A stretch of 63,927 nucleotides of DNA, filler included, from Olpidium bornovanus S191 (GCA_017911155.1; 30 parts of 30 records of this genome joined end to end with filler, not necessarily neighbours in it), one strand, 5' to 3'. Positions 49,117-61,840 are shown, counted from the first letter of the whole stretch. The notes: a model not told the origin generated them from the sequence alone. Made by a program: numbers and translations.

Positions 49117-50541
49117 TCATCTTCGTTCCAGGATCTCCTTGAGCGAGTTCTGCGAGTCCTTGATGTTCCGGTCGAGGTATTCCTGCGTCTTCGCGAGCGC
49201 TTTGATCTCAGAGGCGTCCGCTTCCGCTCGCGCCTGGAGCTCCTTCTGCAGCGCGCTCTTATCGTGCTGGATGAACCTGCCCCGGGTGCGAAAAAAAGAG
49301 GTGCGGCCGAGAATTGGGGGCAGTCCATCCACCCCACGGCCGGAGCGCGGGACCGAGTCAGTTTCGCCTCTCCCCCTCTCCCTCTCCCTCTCCCTCTCCC
49401 TCTCCCATACACGTCTTCTGGGGCCCATAAAAAAAAAACAAATCTCGAGCCGCATTGGCCTCTCATTTTCCTCCAACCCCCCCCCCCCCCCCCCAACCCC
49501 CCCCCCCCCCCCCCCCCCCCGCCCCCACCCCCCCCCCCCCCCCCATCCCCGCGCCTCCAGGCAAAATTTCCGCCGCCCGGCGCGCAATACCCCTCCACTA
49601 CTTTTTCTCCTTCCCGATTATCGACAGGCCGGGCGGGGGAAACTGGAAGCAAAGGCGCGATTTTGGGGCGCGCTTGCGGCGGGCGCGCGGATCCCTCTCC
49701 GCGTCGGAGCTGGCGGGGTTGGGGAGGGAGGGGGAGGTGCCAAAAAAAACGCACATTTTGCCGCAAGGCTTGTACGTCCTCACGCCGTCGTCCAAGGCGG
49801 ACAGCTCCTTCACTGTCAGCTCCGCCAGGCGCCGGTCCCGCTCGCTCGCCTGGACCTTGGCTCTGACCGCCGCCAGTTGCCGCGAGTGCTCGGCGATCCT
49901 GTTCTGGACCTCGACGAAGACCTGAAATGATTATTTTTTTTTTCGTTTTGTGGCGGTTGTTTGAGGGTGAGGGCAAATTCCGGGCGGAAAAAAAAAATAA
50001 AATAAGTTAAAATAAAAAGCGAGCGGGGAAACAGCCGGCAGCTAAAAATCAGCGTGCGTGACTAAAAGATTTCCCTCCCCCCCTCCCGCTCGCTCCCAGT
50101 TCCTGTCGCCGGGGGACCTCGCTCTCTCTCTCCCTTGCGTTTTGTCCGTTCCCAGTTCAATGGAAAGACTCTCCAGGGCGAGAATGCGCCTGAACTTCCG
50201 CGCGGACCACTTCCGCCTATCTCTTCTCTCCCTCTTCCCCGTCGCCACAAACCTCGGACGCCCCCGGGGCCGCGCGGGTAAGCGGTGTACACCGATAAGG
50301 CCTGTCACAGTTGCAGGGTCCGGCCGCGTGCTGCCGTCCGCCGGACGCCAGGCGTTTCCGTCACCGCCTCCGCCCTCCTCCTGCCAATTACGGGCCGGAG
50401 CTAACCCCTCCGAACCCCTTCCCCCCGCCCCCCTGCCCGCCTCATTTCCTCCTCCTCCTGCTTTTCGCGCATGTTCACGGGGTCCCTGACGCGCCGGCGC
50501 GCGCGCACCTTCTTGAGAGCTTCGTCCGGGAGGGCGGACAT
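49117..50541 (-). CDS. PFDN1: Prefoldin subunit 1, complete, 3 exons
   Basis: MSALPDEALKK / VFVEVQNRIAEHSRQL...ELSALDDGVRTYKPCGKM / FIQHDK..LAKTQEYLDRNIKDSQNSLKEILERR*. Confidence 0.92.
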
Positions 50542-51360
50542 GGCGCGGGGTAACGGAGCGGCCGATTGGGGGAAGGCGGGAGAGAGGGAAAGATGGGGCG
50601 TCGCAGTGGAGTTTGGACCCAAGGGGGAAGGCCGCGGGGTGGGGGAACTTGGGGGGTCCCTGGAAATAATGCGGAAAATCACAAAAGTTGTTCGCCCGGG
50701 AACAGCATGGAGCAAAAGCCGGCTTCGCGGCAGACCCGAACCGCCGAATTGAGGACAATCAAAACGCTAATTCTCACCAGGAGGAGGAAAAAAAAAAATG
50801 CGTTATCTTTTTTTATTTTTTCCCGGACGCCCTATGGTGCCGTCGACTTAGAACCAACATTCGTTTCAATATCTCCCCCCAAAAATTTTATTTTTCCGCT
50901 TTTCTTGGCCCTCCTGGAGGTTCCCCAAAGCGCCAGAAAGCCTCCTTTTCCTCTTGAACACTTCCACTTGACCAAAAAAAAAAAAACAATTTCAACAATT
51001 CAATTACTTTTTTTTTTCCTGTCCTTGTTTTCCTACCCTCTGCCGCAACGTAGAAGTCCCGGAGACCGCTCCAAAAAGCCTTTGACACCTGTTTCCTTGT
51101 CCTTAAACTCCCCAGCAGTTTTCCCTCTGAAAAAGAAAACCCCCCCAGTTGCAATTCAACATGCCGCGCCCTTCAAAAACAAAGACAGCTCGGCGGGCCA
51201 ACATGCAAAAGGCACGCCTGCAGAAGGTTACAGACAAACAACAACAAGTAGAGGACACACNNNNNNNNNNNNNNNNNNNNNNNNNNNNNNNNNNNNNNNN
51301 NNNNTTAATTAATTAANNNNNNNNNNNNNNNNNNNNNNNNNNNNNNNNNNNNNNNNNNNN

Positions 51361-53095
51361 CATGCCCAGCGCAACCAGTTCGCGGTTCGGGGAGACCGGG
51401 TAATTATGCGCCGCGGCGTAGTGCTTTGCGATGACGACCGACTCCACGAAGCCAATGACGGCAATGAGCGCAGCAGAGCCCATCAGCTTCTGGATGTGCG
51501 CGAACGGCGGCATCGCCGGTGCCTTGGGCCAGGGGAACCTCCCGGACCCCGTGTCTCCCAGGATCTCGAGGCCGTACGTGTGCCAGCAAAGCGCGCCGGA
51601 GAGGCCGGAGGAGACGATGACCGCGACGAGCATCTCGGGGACGAGCAGAATGGCGGGGTGCAGTTTTGCAAGCAATTTTTTGATGTGGGTTGCGGAGATC
51701 AGGAACGCGATCGTGCCGAAGGAGACGGCCGACGTCAAGGCATGGGCGCTCCCGGCGCTCTCGACCACGAAAGCGGCTTTCGCCAGCGGCGAGGCGCCGT
51801 GTGACGGCTTGTTCGGCAGGCGGTCTAGACCGAGGCAGGGTATCGTCTGCTCTATCACGATGACGCACGCAACCGCGCAGATGAACCCGCGGAGGAGGGC
51901 GCGCGACAAAACGGAATCGAGGAAGCCCAGACGCATCAGCCCCAGGACCAGCAGAAACATCCCAACGAACGCCCCGAGGATGGACGCATACACGGCAGGG
52001 TCGGCCGCCACGACGTTCTCGTTGATCCCGACCGGAGTGTTCTCTAATTGCTGAGATACCGCGGCGCCGACGAGCATAGAGATAAGAGCGTCGGCACCAA
52101 CAGATAGTTGCCTGGCGTAGAGTTCCCAACGGCCGCGTACCGTCAGAACGGACCAACTCCGCCGAACAAGGGCCCGGCACAACACGGAAAGCGGTACGCA
52201 CCTCGACGTTCCCAACACGGCGTACACTATGCCCGGAACAAAAGCGCAGTAGAGTCCGTACACGGGATCCAGCTTCACCAGCGACGAAGCGTACGATAGC
52301 GATTGCGGGATAATCAAGCAAGCCACCGTCACGCCGGCGACGACGTCGTGCGCTAGGCACTGGGCAGAATAAGACGGGAGCCAGCCGAGAATGGGGATGT
52401 AATACGTCGCTCGTTTGCGGAGGGCAGACAGCGTTTCGGCGCCCTGCGGCTCGAGGAATGGAGGATCATGGCCCAGCACTGGCCGGGCGGCAAGCGAGGG
52501 AGGAAGGGGGGCGGGTCGGTGTGGGCGGTTCGCGAAATTAGCACGACACGCACACTAACACCACAAGTAAAAGCGGGGTCGCGAGGGTCGTCGGTCGGAG
52601 GGGGGGAATGACAGTCTTCCACGGGGATGCTGGTCGCGCCGACGGGGCGCCCCCTCGCAAGAGGAGTGGTTATCTCCCTCTTTCGACCCACCGCGAGGCC
52701 TCGCGATCACGGTGCGGCCCAACGTCCAGTTTGAAACACGTACAGGGAGTATCCTCCGTAAGGGCGCTCGCCGCGGCCTCCGCGAGGGGATACGAACACA
52801 TCCCGGGATACGGCCGCGGTCGCAAGGCAGCGGACGGCAGGGGAGGGGGCCGGTCCGCGGGCGCGGAATCCGCGCAAGCTGCCGCCTCGGCCGCGTCCCG
52901 ACGGCGGGACGAAGACGTGTCGGCGACGAGGCGTCCGCTCTGGACGGCGCCGGTCGGCGCGGGGCACTCGTCCACCGTTCCCGCGGCGGCTGCGGAGCTG
53001 CTGCCGGCGGTGCTTCTGGTGTTGGTGCCGGAGCTCCAGTCGTGGTCCCGGCAGCTGGCGCGGTCGCCGCGCATCTGGCGGCTGGGGTCGTCCAA
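51361..53095 (-). CDS. SulP/SLC26 anion (sulfate) transporter, N-terminal part
   Basis: YYIPILGWLPSY, DVVAGVTVACLIIPQSLSYA, PVYGLY, LGTSR/QLSVG, RLGFLDSVLSRALLRGFI, GFVESVVIAK and NRELVALG. Start uncertain. Confidence 0.92.
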
Positions 53096-53539
53096 TCTGC
53101 CTGGCTCTCGAGCGGGGAAGGGGGCGCGTGGCGGAAGGGGAGGAGAAGAGCAGAGGTTAGGAGGAGGAAGAAGAGGGACGGAGGAGGAGGAGGAACGCGG
53201 GAAAATGCCACCCAGTTATGCGCAGCGCCGCAGCGCGGGATGCTCTCTTTTGCCGGAAATAAGAGAAGTCCTCCGTCCCCCCCTCCCCACAACCGTGCGA
53301 ATTTGCCCCCGCCTCTCACGATAAAGCCGGCCGCGCGCCGCCACCTGCGCGGCTGTCCAAGCGGCAGCTTTCTGTTCCGCGGCGAACCTTTCTGTTTCCG
53401 GCAGCCGCCGGGGCGCGCGCCGGGGAAAGAGGAGAGCGAGAGAAAGAGCTTTTGGGCAGAGGAGCCGAGATCGGGAAAGCCCGGCCTGTTTCCGCACGCG
53501 GATCGCAAGCTGTTCCCCACTTTTTTGCCTCCTTTTTTT

Positions 53540-53619
<80 letters not shown>

Positions 53620-53795
53620 NNNNNNNNNNNNNNNNNNNNNNNNNNNNNNNNNNNNNNNNNNNNTTAATTAATTAANNNNNNNNNNNNNNNNNNNNNNNNN
53701 NNNNNNNNNNNNNNNNNNNCATGAAAACAGGAGAGACCGCCAAGGGGCGGGGGAGAAAATGTGGGGGGGGAAAGGTTTACGATAACCGCTTTTTT

Positions 53796-55223
53796 TCATT
53801 CGTCGTGCTGCTGGTGCTGCTGCGCATTGCTCTGCAGCTGGCGTATCGAAAGCCGGAGAAGTTCGACCTCCCTCCTGAGCTCTTCCATTTCCGACTGCCT
53901 GGCCTCCGACTCCGCTCTGCTCTTTGCCCCTCCGTTGGGCGCGACCGTTTTCGCGACTGCCGCGGAGCGATCTCCGCCGGCAGCGTGGCTGTGATCGCCG
54001 AACTGCTTCCCGCGGACCCTGCACAGGGCGCAATCGCCCGGCGGCCGGGGCGCACGGTCGGCGCCGGAAGAGGGCACGGCCGGGAGGGGCCGGTTCGGCG
54101 GGAGGTGAAGGCCCACCTGGCGCTTGTTCGGCCAGCAAGGGGCCACCGCTCTGGAAGAATGCGCGGCGCACGCGCCCGAGCGAGGCGCGTGGAAAGCGTC
54201 CGGGGAGGTCTGGCCGGCGAAGAAAGTCGGCACGGGGGCGCAGGGGTTCCTCGTGAGGGTCGCGTAGCGCGTGCTGAGGTGGAAGCTGTTCTGCTGGAGG
54301 GCCTTTTTTTTCCGAGATTTTTTTTTTTTTTTTTTTTTTTTGTTCGCGCGATTTACCGAAAACGCCCCGCAGCGGACGACGCACGCGGGAATCGAAACGC
54401 TCGAACATCAGGCACGATTACCGAATTAGGGGGGAAGGGGGGGGGGGCGAAACAAGCGTTTCTCGTACCGTGTTCGTGCAAACGACGTCGTCAACGACCT
54501 TCATCTTTTGAACCATAAGCATCAGCCGATCGTGGCTCGGGAGATTGCGCAAAATGATTTTCATCTCCGGCGTGAGATTCATGCTTGTCTGCTCGCGCGG
54601 CGGCGCGGGACGAGTCAGCACCGGTAGATTTCTAACCGGGGCTGCCGACTCGGAAGAATGGAACGAGGGGAGCGCACCATGTACTGCTCGAACCGGTCCC
54701 AATCATAACGCCGTCGTGGCGGCTCGTCGACGGCGCCGGGCTTTTCCCTGCTCATCTTTCCTCCCTGGTTTTCCTGCCGCCCGCTGGCCTTCAACGAACT
54801 GCGGACGCTGTTGATGATGATGTCCACGATCTTCGCCATCTTTTCCTTGTTCCTCAAGCGGACTTCCTCGTCCACATCCGGTTCGCCCCCGGTCCGACGC
54901 CGCGCGCCCCGGCCGGGACCGGTCCGCCGGTTCGACAGCTCGCCCGCCGCCGACCTGCACTTCATCCATTGGCGCGCGACGGCGATCCTTCTCGTCAACT
55001 GGCCGGCGGACCCGGGGACCCGGGGTTCTCGGCTCCTCGGGCGGACGTCGGGCGGCGCGCCGGCGGAGAAAGCCGCGGGAGAGGACGGGGACGACGAGGC
55101 CGCCGCCCCTCTTTTGCCGAAGGAGAGAAATCGCCGGAAACGGGCGCCGCGCCCGACGTCCGTGCCGTAGGCGTACGCCTGCGCCGACGGCGAACCGATC
55201 CGGCGGAACGGGGGGATTCCCAT
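53796..55223 (-). CDS. Hypothetical multi-exon protein ending in a short coiled coil
   Basis: Exon-like blocks EKMAKIVDIIINSVRSSL..YDWDRFEQY, LTPEMKIILRNLPSHDRLMLMVQK and EMEELRREVELLRLSIRQLQ. No family recognised. Confidence 0.45.
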
Positions 55224-55836
55224 TGCGGTCTACTTCACGCGGGTCCGCACGGGGCGAGGATGCCGTGGAAGCGGAGCACCATTGACCGCACAGGCGGCTG
55301 TTTGGGGGGGGGGGGGGGGGGGGGGGGGCGGGGGGGGGGGGGGGGGGGGGGGGAGGCGTGCTGGCAGTTTGTCAGCCCCGCGGGTGCGCCCGGCTGATTT
55401 ATTTTTTTTTAATTTTATTTTATTTTTGTTTAAATTTTCCTCTCCCTCGGCTGCGGACAGAGTTGCAGCCCAGAAGGGTAGCGAAGAGCCTCCTCTGAAT
55501 ATGGTTGAGAAATCCTCTGAGGTCGCCCCAACCCTCCCAACGCGTCTTCCCATTTTCTTTTTTTTTTTTTTTTTTTTGTTGCTCCCTTCTCTTCGATGTC
55601 GTTCGGTCGGCCTTCTTCAGCGCGTCGCCCAAAAATGGCGCCCGGAATTGGCGAGGTAATTCGTTTGCCCGGCGTCCTTATACGGCTCTTCGGCGTCGTT
55701 CCATGCACTGCGATCAATGTGCGAANNNNNNNNNNNNNNNNNNNNNNNNNNNNNNNNNNNNNNNNNNNNTTAATTAATTAANNNNNNNNNNNNNNNNNNN
55801 NNNNNNNNNNNNNNNNNNNNNNNNNCTTTTTTTTCG

Positions 55837-55874
<38 letters not shown>

Positions 55875-56099
55875 CATTGCCGGTCCAGCTTGGCAGAAGT
55901 GACGGCGCAAACCTCGTCAGCAAAAAAAAAAAAGAAAAAGAAAAAGAAAAAAAAAGTTCACCGAAGCTCTGGTTTATAACATATGTACATTCTGTGAGTG
56001 TGCGTGTTGCGCGCGTGTGTGCGGGGTTGGCCGGGGCGAGTAAAAGGGATATTTGGCAAAGCGCCTACAAAAAAGCCCCCCCTTCTACACCCTGCCGTT

Positions 56100-57305
56100 C
56101 TAGGTGCGGACACACTCCACCGGGGGAAACTGCACGAACAGGCTCCCGGACTTGAAATGCGCGTCGAAGCCTTCGACCAGGTGGTGGTACGCCGGCGCAG
56201 CGCGCAGCGGCGGCTCTCCGAAGGAGGAAGACGGGGTGTGCGACGACGTACGCCACGGGCCGGCGGCGAGGCCGTACGTGCCGTCCCCCGGGCGGCACGC
56301 CGCCGGCGCGAAGTGCGGTCGGGCCGGATGCGGCGGCGGCGGCGGCGGCGGCGGCGGGGAGCGGGGGGCGGGGGCGGCGAGCGGCGCGAGCGGCGGGCAG
56401 GAAACGGGCATGGCGGCGGCGAGCGGCGGTTCTTGCTGCATCCAACCCGTCGGGTATAGGGCCCGCGGCTGCTGCGGCGGGGGCCAGTGGGCCTGGAAAC
56501 AGCCGGTAATTGGCCCCGACAGGCTCTGCAGGCGCGCGGCGGCGGCGGCGGCGCCTCCGGCCTGGAGCGCCGCGCCGTCCGCAGGCCGGCCGGCCCGCGC
56601 GGACGGGACGAGGAAGAAGTCCGACAGCGCGGCGAACTGGTCGGGGAAGTCGGCGGCGGCGGGCGAGCACGGCGGGAAGTCCACCGCGTTCCCCGGGAGC
56701 ATCATTGACGCGTCCGGTGCCGCGTCCGGCCGCTGTTGTTGGCGGCGCGGCGCGGCGAGGTGGCGGTGAAGCACGTGGGCCGACAGGGTGGTCTTCCGGC
56801 AGAACCTGGAGACCCATCACGATTATAATTGCATTTAGTAAACGACAAAAATGGTTTGTCAGATGGATATTTGCGCCCCCTTCCCTCCCAAAAAAATAAA
56901 CTACGCGAGGGTAAAAAAAAACGCGTAAAATCAGCAAAATTATCCAAAATAAAAACGACAGGTGTCAAAACGTTTTGTACGCGGGGTGGTGGGGGGGGGG
57001 AAGGGGGGGCGACTACAGAAAAAGCACCGAGTTCTTCTCCACACACGCGCACACACACACCCGGGTGGAGAGAGGGAGGAGAGGGGGGGGGGGGGCCAAA
57101 TTTTCCCCGCTCTTTTCTTCACCCACGTTTTCGAGCATCCGTCGTACGTACACGCGTAGGGCCTCTCCCCGGTGTGCACCCGACAGTGCCTGACGAGCGA
57201 CGACGAGTCGCTGAACGCGCTCTCGCACCCGGCAAACTGGCAGCGGTACGGACGCTCGCCCGTGTGCGACCTGATGTGGATTGTGAGGGCGGATTGCTTG
57301 AGTGG
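56100..57305 (-). CDS. C2H2 zinc-finger transcription factor, partial
   Basis: [55 protein letters not shown], intron, [15 protein letters not shown], followed by a Pro/Ala-rich tail. Confidence 0.9.
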
Positions 57306-58007
57306 GGGAGTGGGGGGTAAAGGGGGGAGTGGTTGCCGAGGCAACCGGTTAATCGCCGACTGCGGGCGTCGGGGGAAGGGGCGGGGAGAGGGAGGGGGAG
57401 GGGATTTGGAGGCCTGTTGCGCAAATGATTTTTCTTCCGGAGGCGATGGCACAACCCCCTCCCTCCCCTCCCTCTTTCCCTCCCCTCCCTCTTTCCCTCC
57501 CCTCCCTCCTTCCCTCCCTCCCCCCGACGGGGCACAACCCCCCCGACCACTTACGCCCCGACACTCCCCGCACAGCACAACTTCCGCCAATTCGGGGAGA
57601 CTATTTCTTTCTCCCTTTCTCTCTTTTTCTTTCTCTCTCCGCTGCCACCGCGGGCGCGTAAAATTTTAATTTCTCCCCTTTTCCACACCCCCCAACCGCC
57701 TCTCCCACGGGGCCCTGCTCCTCCTCTCCCGCCAAACTCACCGTTCTTCTTCCCCGCCCCTCAACCACCTTTTCCCCCCCCCCCCCCCCCCTTCCCCCTT
57801 CCACCCGCTCCCCGTGCACTGGCCCCGGTTCCTCTCCGGCGCCGACCCAGCGGAAAGGATAAACCGGGCCTCCTCCATTCTCCCCTCCCTCCTGCCCGCC
57901 CCGGGCCNNNNNNNNNNNNNNNNNNNNNNNNNNNNNNNNNNNNNNNNNNNNTTAATTAATTAANNNNNNNNNNNNNNNNNNNNNNNNNNNNNNNNNNNNN
58001 NNNNNNN

Positions 58008-59197
58008 CCTGCGCCCCCTGTTTGGCGATGTCCAACGCGACGAATGGGGGATCCTTCGAAGGGCAAGGGGGAAACGTACTGTAGCCGTCCCTGTTGATGT
58101 CGTAAAGCTTGAAGGATACTGTGGACAGGGAGGAGGTGGGGAGGAGGGGTCAGGTAACGGGAAAAAAAAGAGAAAAAAAAACAAATCGCGGGCCTGAAAA
58201 CGTCAACCTTCCCCACTTCCCCCCCCCCCGGCTCCCCGGGGCCGGCCTCGGACTACGCACGCTCCAGCTTCTCTTCGGGCGTCCCCTTTATAAAAACCGA
58301 CAGCCCGTCGATAAACTCGCGAAAGTCGATGGTGTGGTCGCCGTTCACGTCGAACGCGTCGAACAGGCGCTCCAGAAAGACGTTCCCGGCGCTCCAGCAC
58401 TGAACGAAATTCGCGATGGTCCTCGAAAACTGAGATCTGGTTATGCTGTTTATTTTGTTCGAACCGGCGGGGGAAGGGGGGGGGGAAAAGGGAAAAAAAA
58501 ATTTCCACGCGGGGCGGGGCGGATGCGGACGGTGTGAATCGCCAGAGGGCCTGGACTGAACGCTGGGAAAAGAGTGGGGGAAAACGGGGATGCCGCCACG
58601 GGGCCCAGGGAGGTTGCGTGCCCGCCCCGGCGATCGAACGGGAACGCAGGGTCCCCCCCCCCTTCTTCCGCACCTGTAGTTGTGGTCGCCGATAGCCTCG
58701 AACTGCTCCCGGAGTCGGTTTACTTCCTCTTCCGTGACTTCTTCGATTCAACAACGGTAACGGAAGGCCGTCAGCCCGCGCGGAGAGTGAGGCCGACCGG
58801 GCGATCGAACGGGGTTCCTTCTCCCTCCCCCTCCTCCACCCCCCATTCTCCTCTCTCCCCCTTCGTCTCTCTCTCTCTCTTCTCTCTCCACAACCCTCCA
58901 CCGCAAACTCCCTTCCGTTTCGACCCTCCTCCCTCTTTTCTTTCTTTACGGTTCGCAGGCGAAGTCGGGAAACGGGGGGTGAGAGAGGGTGCGACGACGC
59001 CACCGACAATGCGATTTCCGGGCGAGCTCCGCGTTCTCCCCGGCGACGTTCCCGCCGCCGGTGGAGGCGATCGACCTGCAGTCGGAGGGCACGTGCGGCG
59101 GCGGCGGCGAGCCGCCCTCCTCCGGGGCGAGGCAGCGGGACGACGCAGACCGCTTGACGTGCTGCTCATCGCTACTCTTGGACTTCCCGCTGCCCAT
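58008..59197 (-). CDS. EF-hand calcium sensor of the NCS/calaxin/CnB-like family with a predicted N-myristoylation site, 3' truncated
   Basis: MGSGKS start; TEEEVNRLREQF; RLFDAFDVNGDHTIDFREFIDGLSVFIKGTPEEKLE; SFKLYDINRDGY. Confidence 0.85.
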
Positions 59198-59209
59198 TTT
59201 TTTTTTCCC

Positions 59210-59251
<42 letters not shown>

Positions 59252-59407
59252 CCCTTTTCCCCGGGGTTTGCGTCTTGTTCCCCAACGGCGCCCCGGGCCC
59301 AACAGAGNNNNNNNNNNNNNNNNNNNNNNNNNNNNNNNNNNNNNNNNNNNNTTAATTAATTAANNNNNNNNNNNNNNNNNNNNNNNNNNNNNNNNNNNNN
59401 NNNNNNN

Positions 59408-61432
59408 CATGAACTGGACGTTCTGTGGGGAACTGTACTCTTCCTGGAAGCGCCACGTGAGCAGCTTTTCGTCCTCTGCGACGACGCTTTTGACGTTGAT
59501 GTCAAAGGTTCCGGAATTGCGGAGCTCCAGGACTTTGTACTTCGGCTTGGTCTGGTTCACGAAGGCAAAGTCGATGATGTTGGAGGTGACGACGCTCGGC
59601 GTGTCGATCTCCAGTCTCTGCTTGACCCGCAGGGGCTCGGCGAGATTGCTGGTGAACCTGGAGAAACCGGCGGAACCCGTGACGGGAATCGCCCGCGTAA
59701 GGCCGCCGTGGACGACGGAGAGGATGGTGTTCACCGACCCCGTGACCGCGGGCGCGTACACGACCTCGACCGTCGCGGTCGACAATGGCGGGACGAGCGC
59801 GATCGCCGACGGGCGGACCAAGAGATCGGGCGGCGAGGCGACCAGAACGCCGGCGGCGGTGTTCTGGGTGTTCGTGATCTGGAGGCGGGCGGAGGCCTTT
59901 TGCCCGAGGGGGACGTCGCCGAAGGAGACCGCCTCCGGACTGACGCTGATGTCCGTGGTCCCGCTGGTGCCGGTGAACGTGAATTTTTCCATGTCGTACC
60001 GGGTCTGCTCGTCCGCCGTGCGGGCCCAACTCATCACCAGGTTGCAAGAGGAGGTGCCCGTGAACGTGGACTGGTACACGACGTCCAGGAGGCACCATTC
60101 CCACGGCTTCAGAGACACGTGCGCCGACGGCTGCAAGCTGAACGGACATCGTTCCAGGTCCGCGGCCCCTCCTCTGGAAGGGGGCCCGCCGGTCGAGGTG
60201 CCCGGCTTGGACTTTCCTGACGTCACCATGTCGATTTTGCCGACCCATTCCGCCGACGTCGGGCCGCGATTCCGGAGGATGAACTGGCGTGAAACTTTTT
60301 CCATGACCTTGCAGGGCGGAAACGTGAACGCTCTCGACCCTTTGCGGATGTCCAGGTTTACTTGCGGCCCGAGCTGCGCGTGCAGCGAGCACGAAATGAG
60401 CACTTTGCTCTCATCCGCGCCGAAAATGCTAAGGGTCCCTAATATCCCGTAGTTGGTAAACTCGGCCCCCATCGGGCTCTGGACTCCATTTGGATGCAGG
60501 TAAACATCGATCGGCAATTCTGCCCGCGGAGGCACTCGGCCGTCCAAGGGAACGCTGGTCGCAAACGGAAACGACATGCAGAGGTGGTACTCCTGCTCCA
60601 CGTTCGAGGTGTTGGCGAGGACGACCTCCTCGAAAGTGTTCTCGTCGTCCAAGTCTCCGGACAAGAAGAGGCTGCTGCGGCTCAGAGCAAAAAATGACGC
60701 TAGGGGCATTAAGACAGGCTCTTCGACCGCAGCCATGTCAGCCGCAACAGATGATGGTTGTGTCGACGGGTTGAACAGAAACTTCCGCAGGGTCGGGTAC
60801 ATCAACGTGTTTTCCGTTACAGCAGAAGTGATACACACGCCGCAGAGATAATGGGTGGCTATGTGCCATTTCCGGGGCTTGACCGTTTGTATGGTCATGG
60901 GCACGCGGTAGTATCCGGGTGTCCTGCAGCTGAAAGTGACTTCGATCACAACCGTCAGCTTCATACCCAGGATGACGACAACACCAATGATATCCATGCT
61001 CTCGTGAGGTTTCGACTCGATTGTCAACCCGGTCGTCCGCTTGTTGGCGGTGTCAGGATCCAAGACGCGAATGGCGAACGGCGAGCTCTTGGGGATAGTA
61101 ACCATCACGTGGCTGGTAGTGTTCGTGTAGTTCATGATCGGGATCTGCAACGAAATAGTCTTGCCGGTGTAGACGGGGAGAAAGAAGACGTCTTCGCGGA
61201 TTGGAACCGTCACCGTCGTCTGGCATTGTGCCACGACGTCAACGGAGCACAACGGGGCGTCCGGCGCCTGAACTGTGAGCTTTTCCGTGCGGTAGCCGGG
61301 GTAGCTCGGCACGAAGCACACGGGGATTTTCTTGTCCTCCAGCGGTTTCAGGCTCGCGGGTTCGCCGTAGTTCACCAGCAGTTCGTTTGTGGACGTCGTG
61401 AACAGCAGGGGCAGCGTCCGGAGCGGATCCAT
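59408..61432 (-). CDS. Large ASH (Hydin/CFAP-type Ig-like) repeat protein, internal single exon
   Basis: At least 675 open codons with repeated ASH-like starts: FPPCKVMEKVSRQFILRNRG, SPEAVSFGDVPLGQKASARLQITN and IDFAFVNQTKPKYKVLELRNSG. Confidence 0.75.
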
Positions 61433-61659
61433 GCNNNNNNNNNNNNNNNNNNNNNNNNNNNNNNNNNNNNNNNNNNNNTTAATTAATTAANNNNNNNNNN
61501 NNNNNNNNNNNNNNNNNNNNNNNNNNNNNNNNNNCATGCCATAAATGCGTTATATATAAATATATAAAGGCACTAACTTGCATTGCATACCTCACAATTG
61601 CAATTGGGGTTTTAATGCTGTTTAATATTGCATTAAATTTTTGATTATTATTTGTGAGT

Positions 61660-61840
61660 TGTGCTGTGGCGCGGCCTTAGAACCGCCCGTCACGGAAGGC
61701 AGGTGGCGGGCGAAGGGCGGCGGGCAAAGGAGGAAGGCGGCGGCGGGATCGAGGGCAGAACGGCCCCCGAACCCGGGGGCCAACCAATAGAATAGTCCCC
61801 CCTCGAAGCCCCCCAATCGAAGAGCGTTCCCCCTTTTTCC
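61660..61840 (+). repeat. Dispersed GC-rich repeat, copy 2
   Basis: High similarity to 28551-28755, with fewer internal tandem units. Confidence 0.88.

Noticed and set aside
48615-49976. 453-aa minus-strand ORF overlapping prefoldin 1
   Set aside because: An alternative frame through GC-rich introns and homopolymers; the spliced PFDN1 model explains the region.
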